From positions 224,001 through 288,000 of the forward strand of contig CAVTHO010000009.1 in assembly GCA_963734545.1 (NCBI GenBank): a stretch of 64,000 nucleotides of DNA. The letters run 5' to 3'. Under the pieces are notes generated by a model. The model was not told the origin of the DNA and ran no database searches. It was given only the letters and a program-made list of their open reading frames with translations. Within the stretch, counting starts at the first letter, position 1, and each line of letters starts with the position of its first letter. The position numbers were made by a program, and so were the translations under genes. The stretch comes from an uncultured Spirochaetota bacterium (GTDB taxonomy: Bacteria > Spirochaetota > Spirochaetia > SZUA-6 > Fen-1364). Positions 63,762 through 64,000 of this stretch are shown here, in pieces.

Positions 63762-64000
63762 CTACGCCGGGCTGCCCGCCGCGCGGGTCTTGCGGGCCCG
63801 GAGCAGGGCCGCCGCGAGCAGGACCACGCCCAGCACCATCAGCAGGATCGCAAAGACGGGCAGCTTGTACGGAAGGTGAAAAACCGACCGCGACATGTCC
63901 AGCCCGCCCCACACCAGGGTCAGTATGCCGAGCGTGATCGAAAAGCCGTTCACGGGTATCCCCTTGAAACGCCGCACCGCGTTCAGCGCGAGCAGGATCA
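63762..64000 (-). CDS. Small membrane protein (C-terminal part; start beyond window)
   Basis: Hydrophobic ORF open to the window end. Confidence 0.55.
   Translation of the reverse strand, partial: ILLALNAVRRFKGIPVNGFSITLGILTLVWGGLDMSRSVFHLPYKLPVFAILLMVLGVVLLAAALLRARKTRAAGSPA

Overview
High-GC chromosome segment, almost certainly from a free-living spirochaete (class Spirochaetia). The evidence is the fliS-flgN-polA-coaE-SPOR gene string near a spirochaete-type prs, plus PEGA, LysM and FecR envelope proteins. About 55 genes cover housekeeping, central carbon metabolism (glgP, PMM/PGM, PEPCK, PPDK), a sigma54 NifA-like activator-amtB-PII nitrogen module, bshA/cysE, and an ECF42 sigma/YciI pair. 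Many single-base frameshifts, including in murD, look like long-read errors rather than pseudogenes. Most notable: (1) a 40.5-50.3 kb minus-strand sugar-catabolic locus. It couples one BMC-H microcompartment shell gene and a DeoC aldolase with an N-terminal encapsulation-peptide-like helix to a rhamnulokinase-like kinase, an EryC-like epimerase, a FucU mutarotase, dehydrogenases and a SorC-type regulator; two promoters share an operator motif. (2) An intergenic array of eight ANGGA motifs, mostly in hairpin loops, ending in a terminator (CsrB/RsmZ-like sponge candidate), part of a dispersed palindromic repeat family. (3) A VRR-NUC-like nuclease-GNAT fusion. (4) PPDK with a histone-H1-like tail. 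(5) Several genes collapsed by large deletions. All calls come from reading the sequence; no searches were run.
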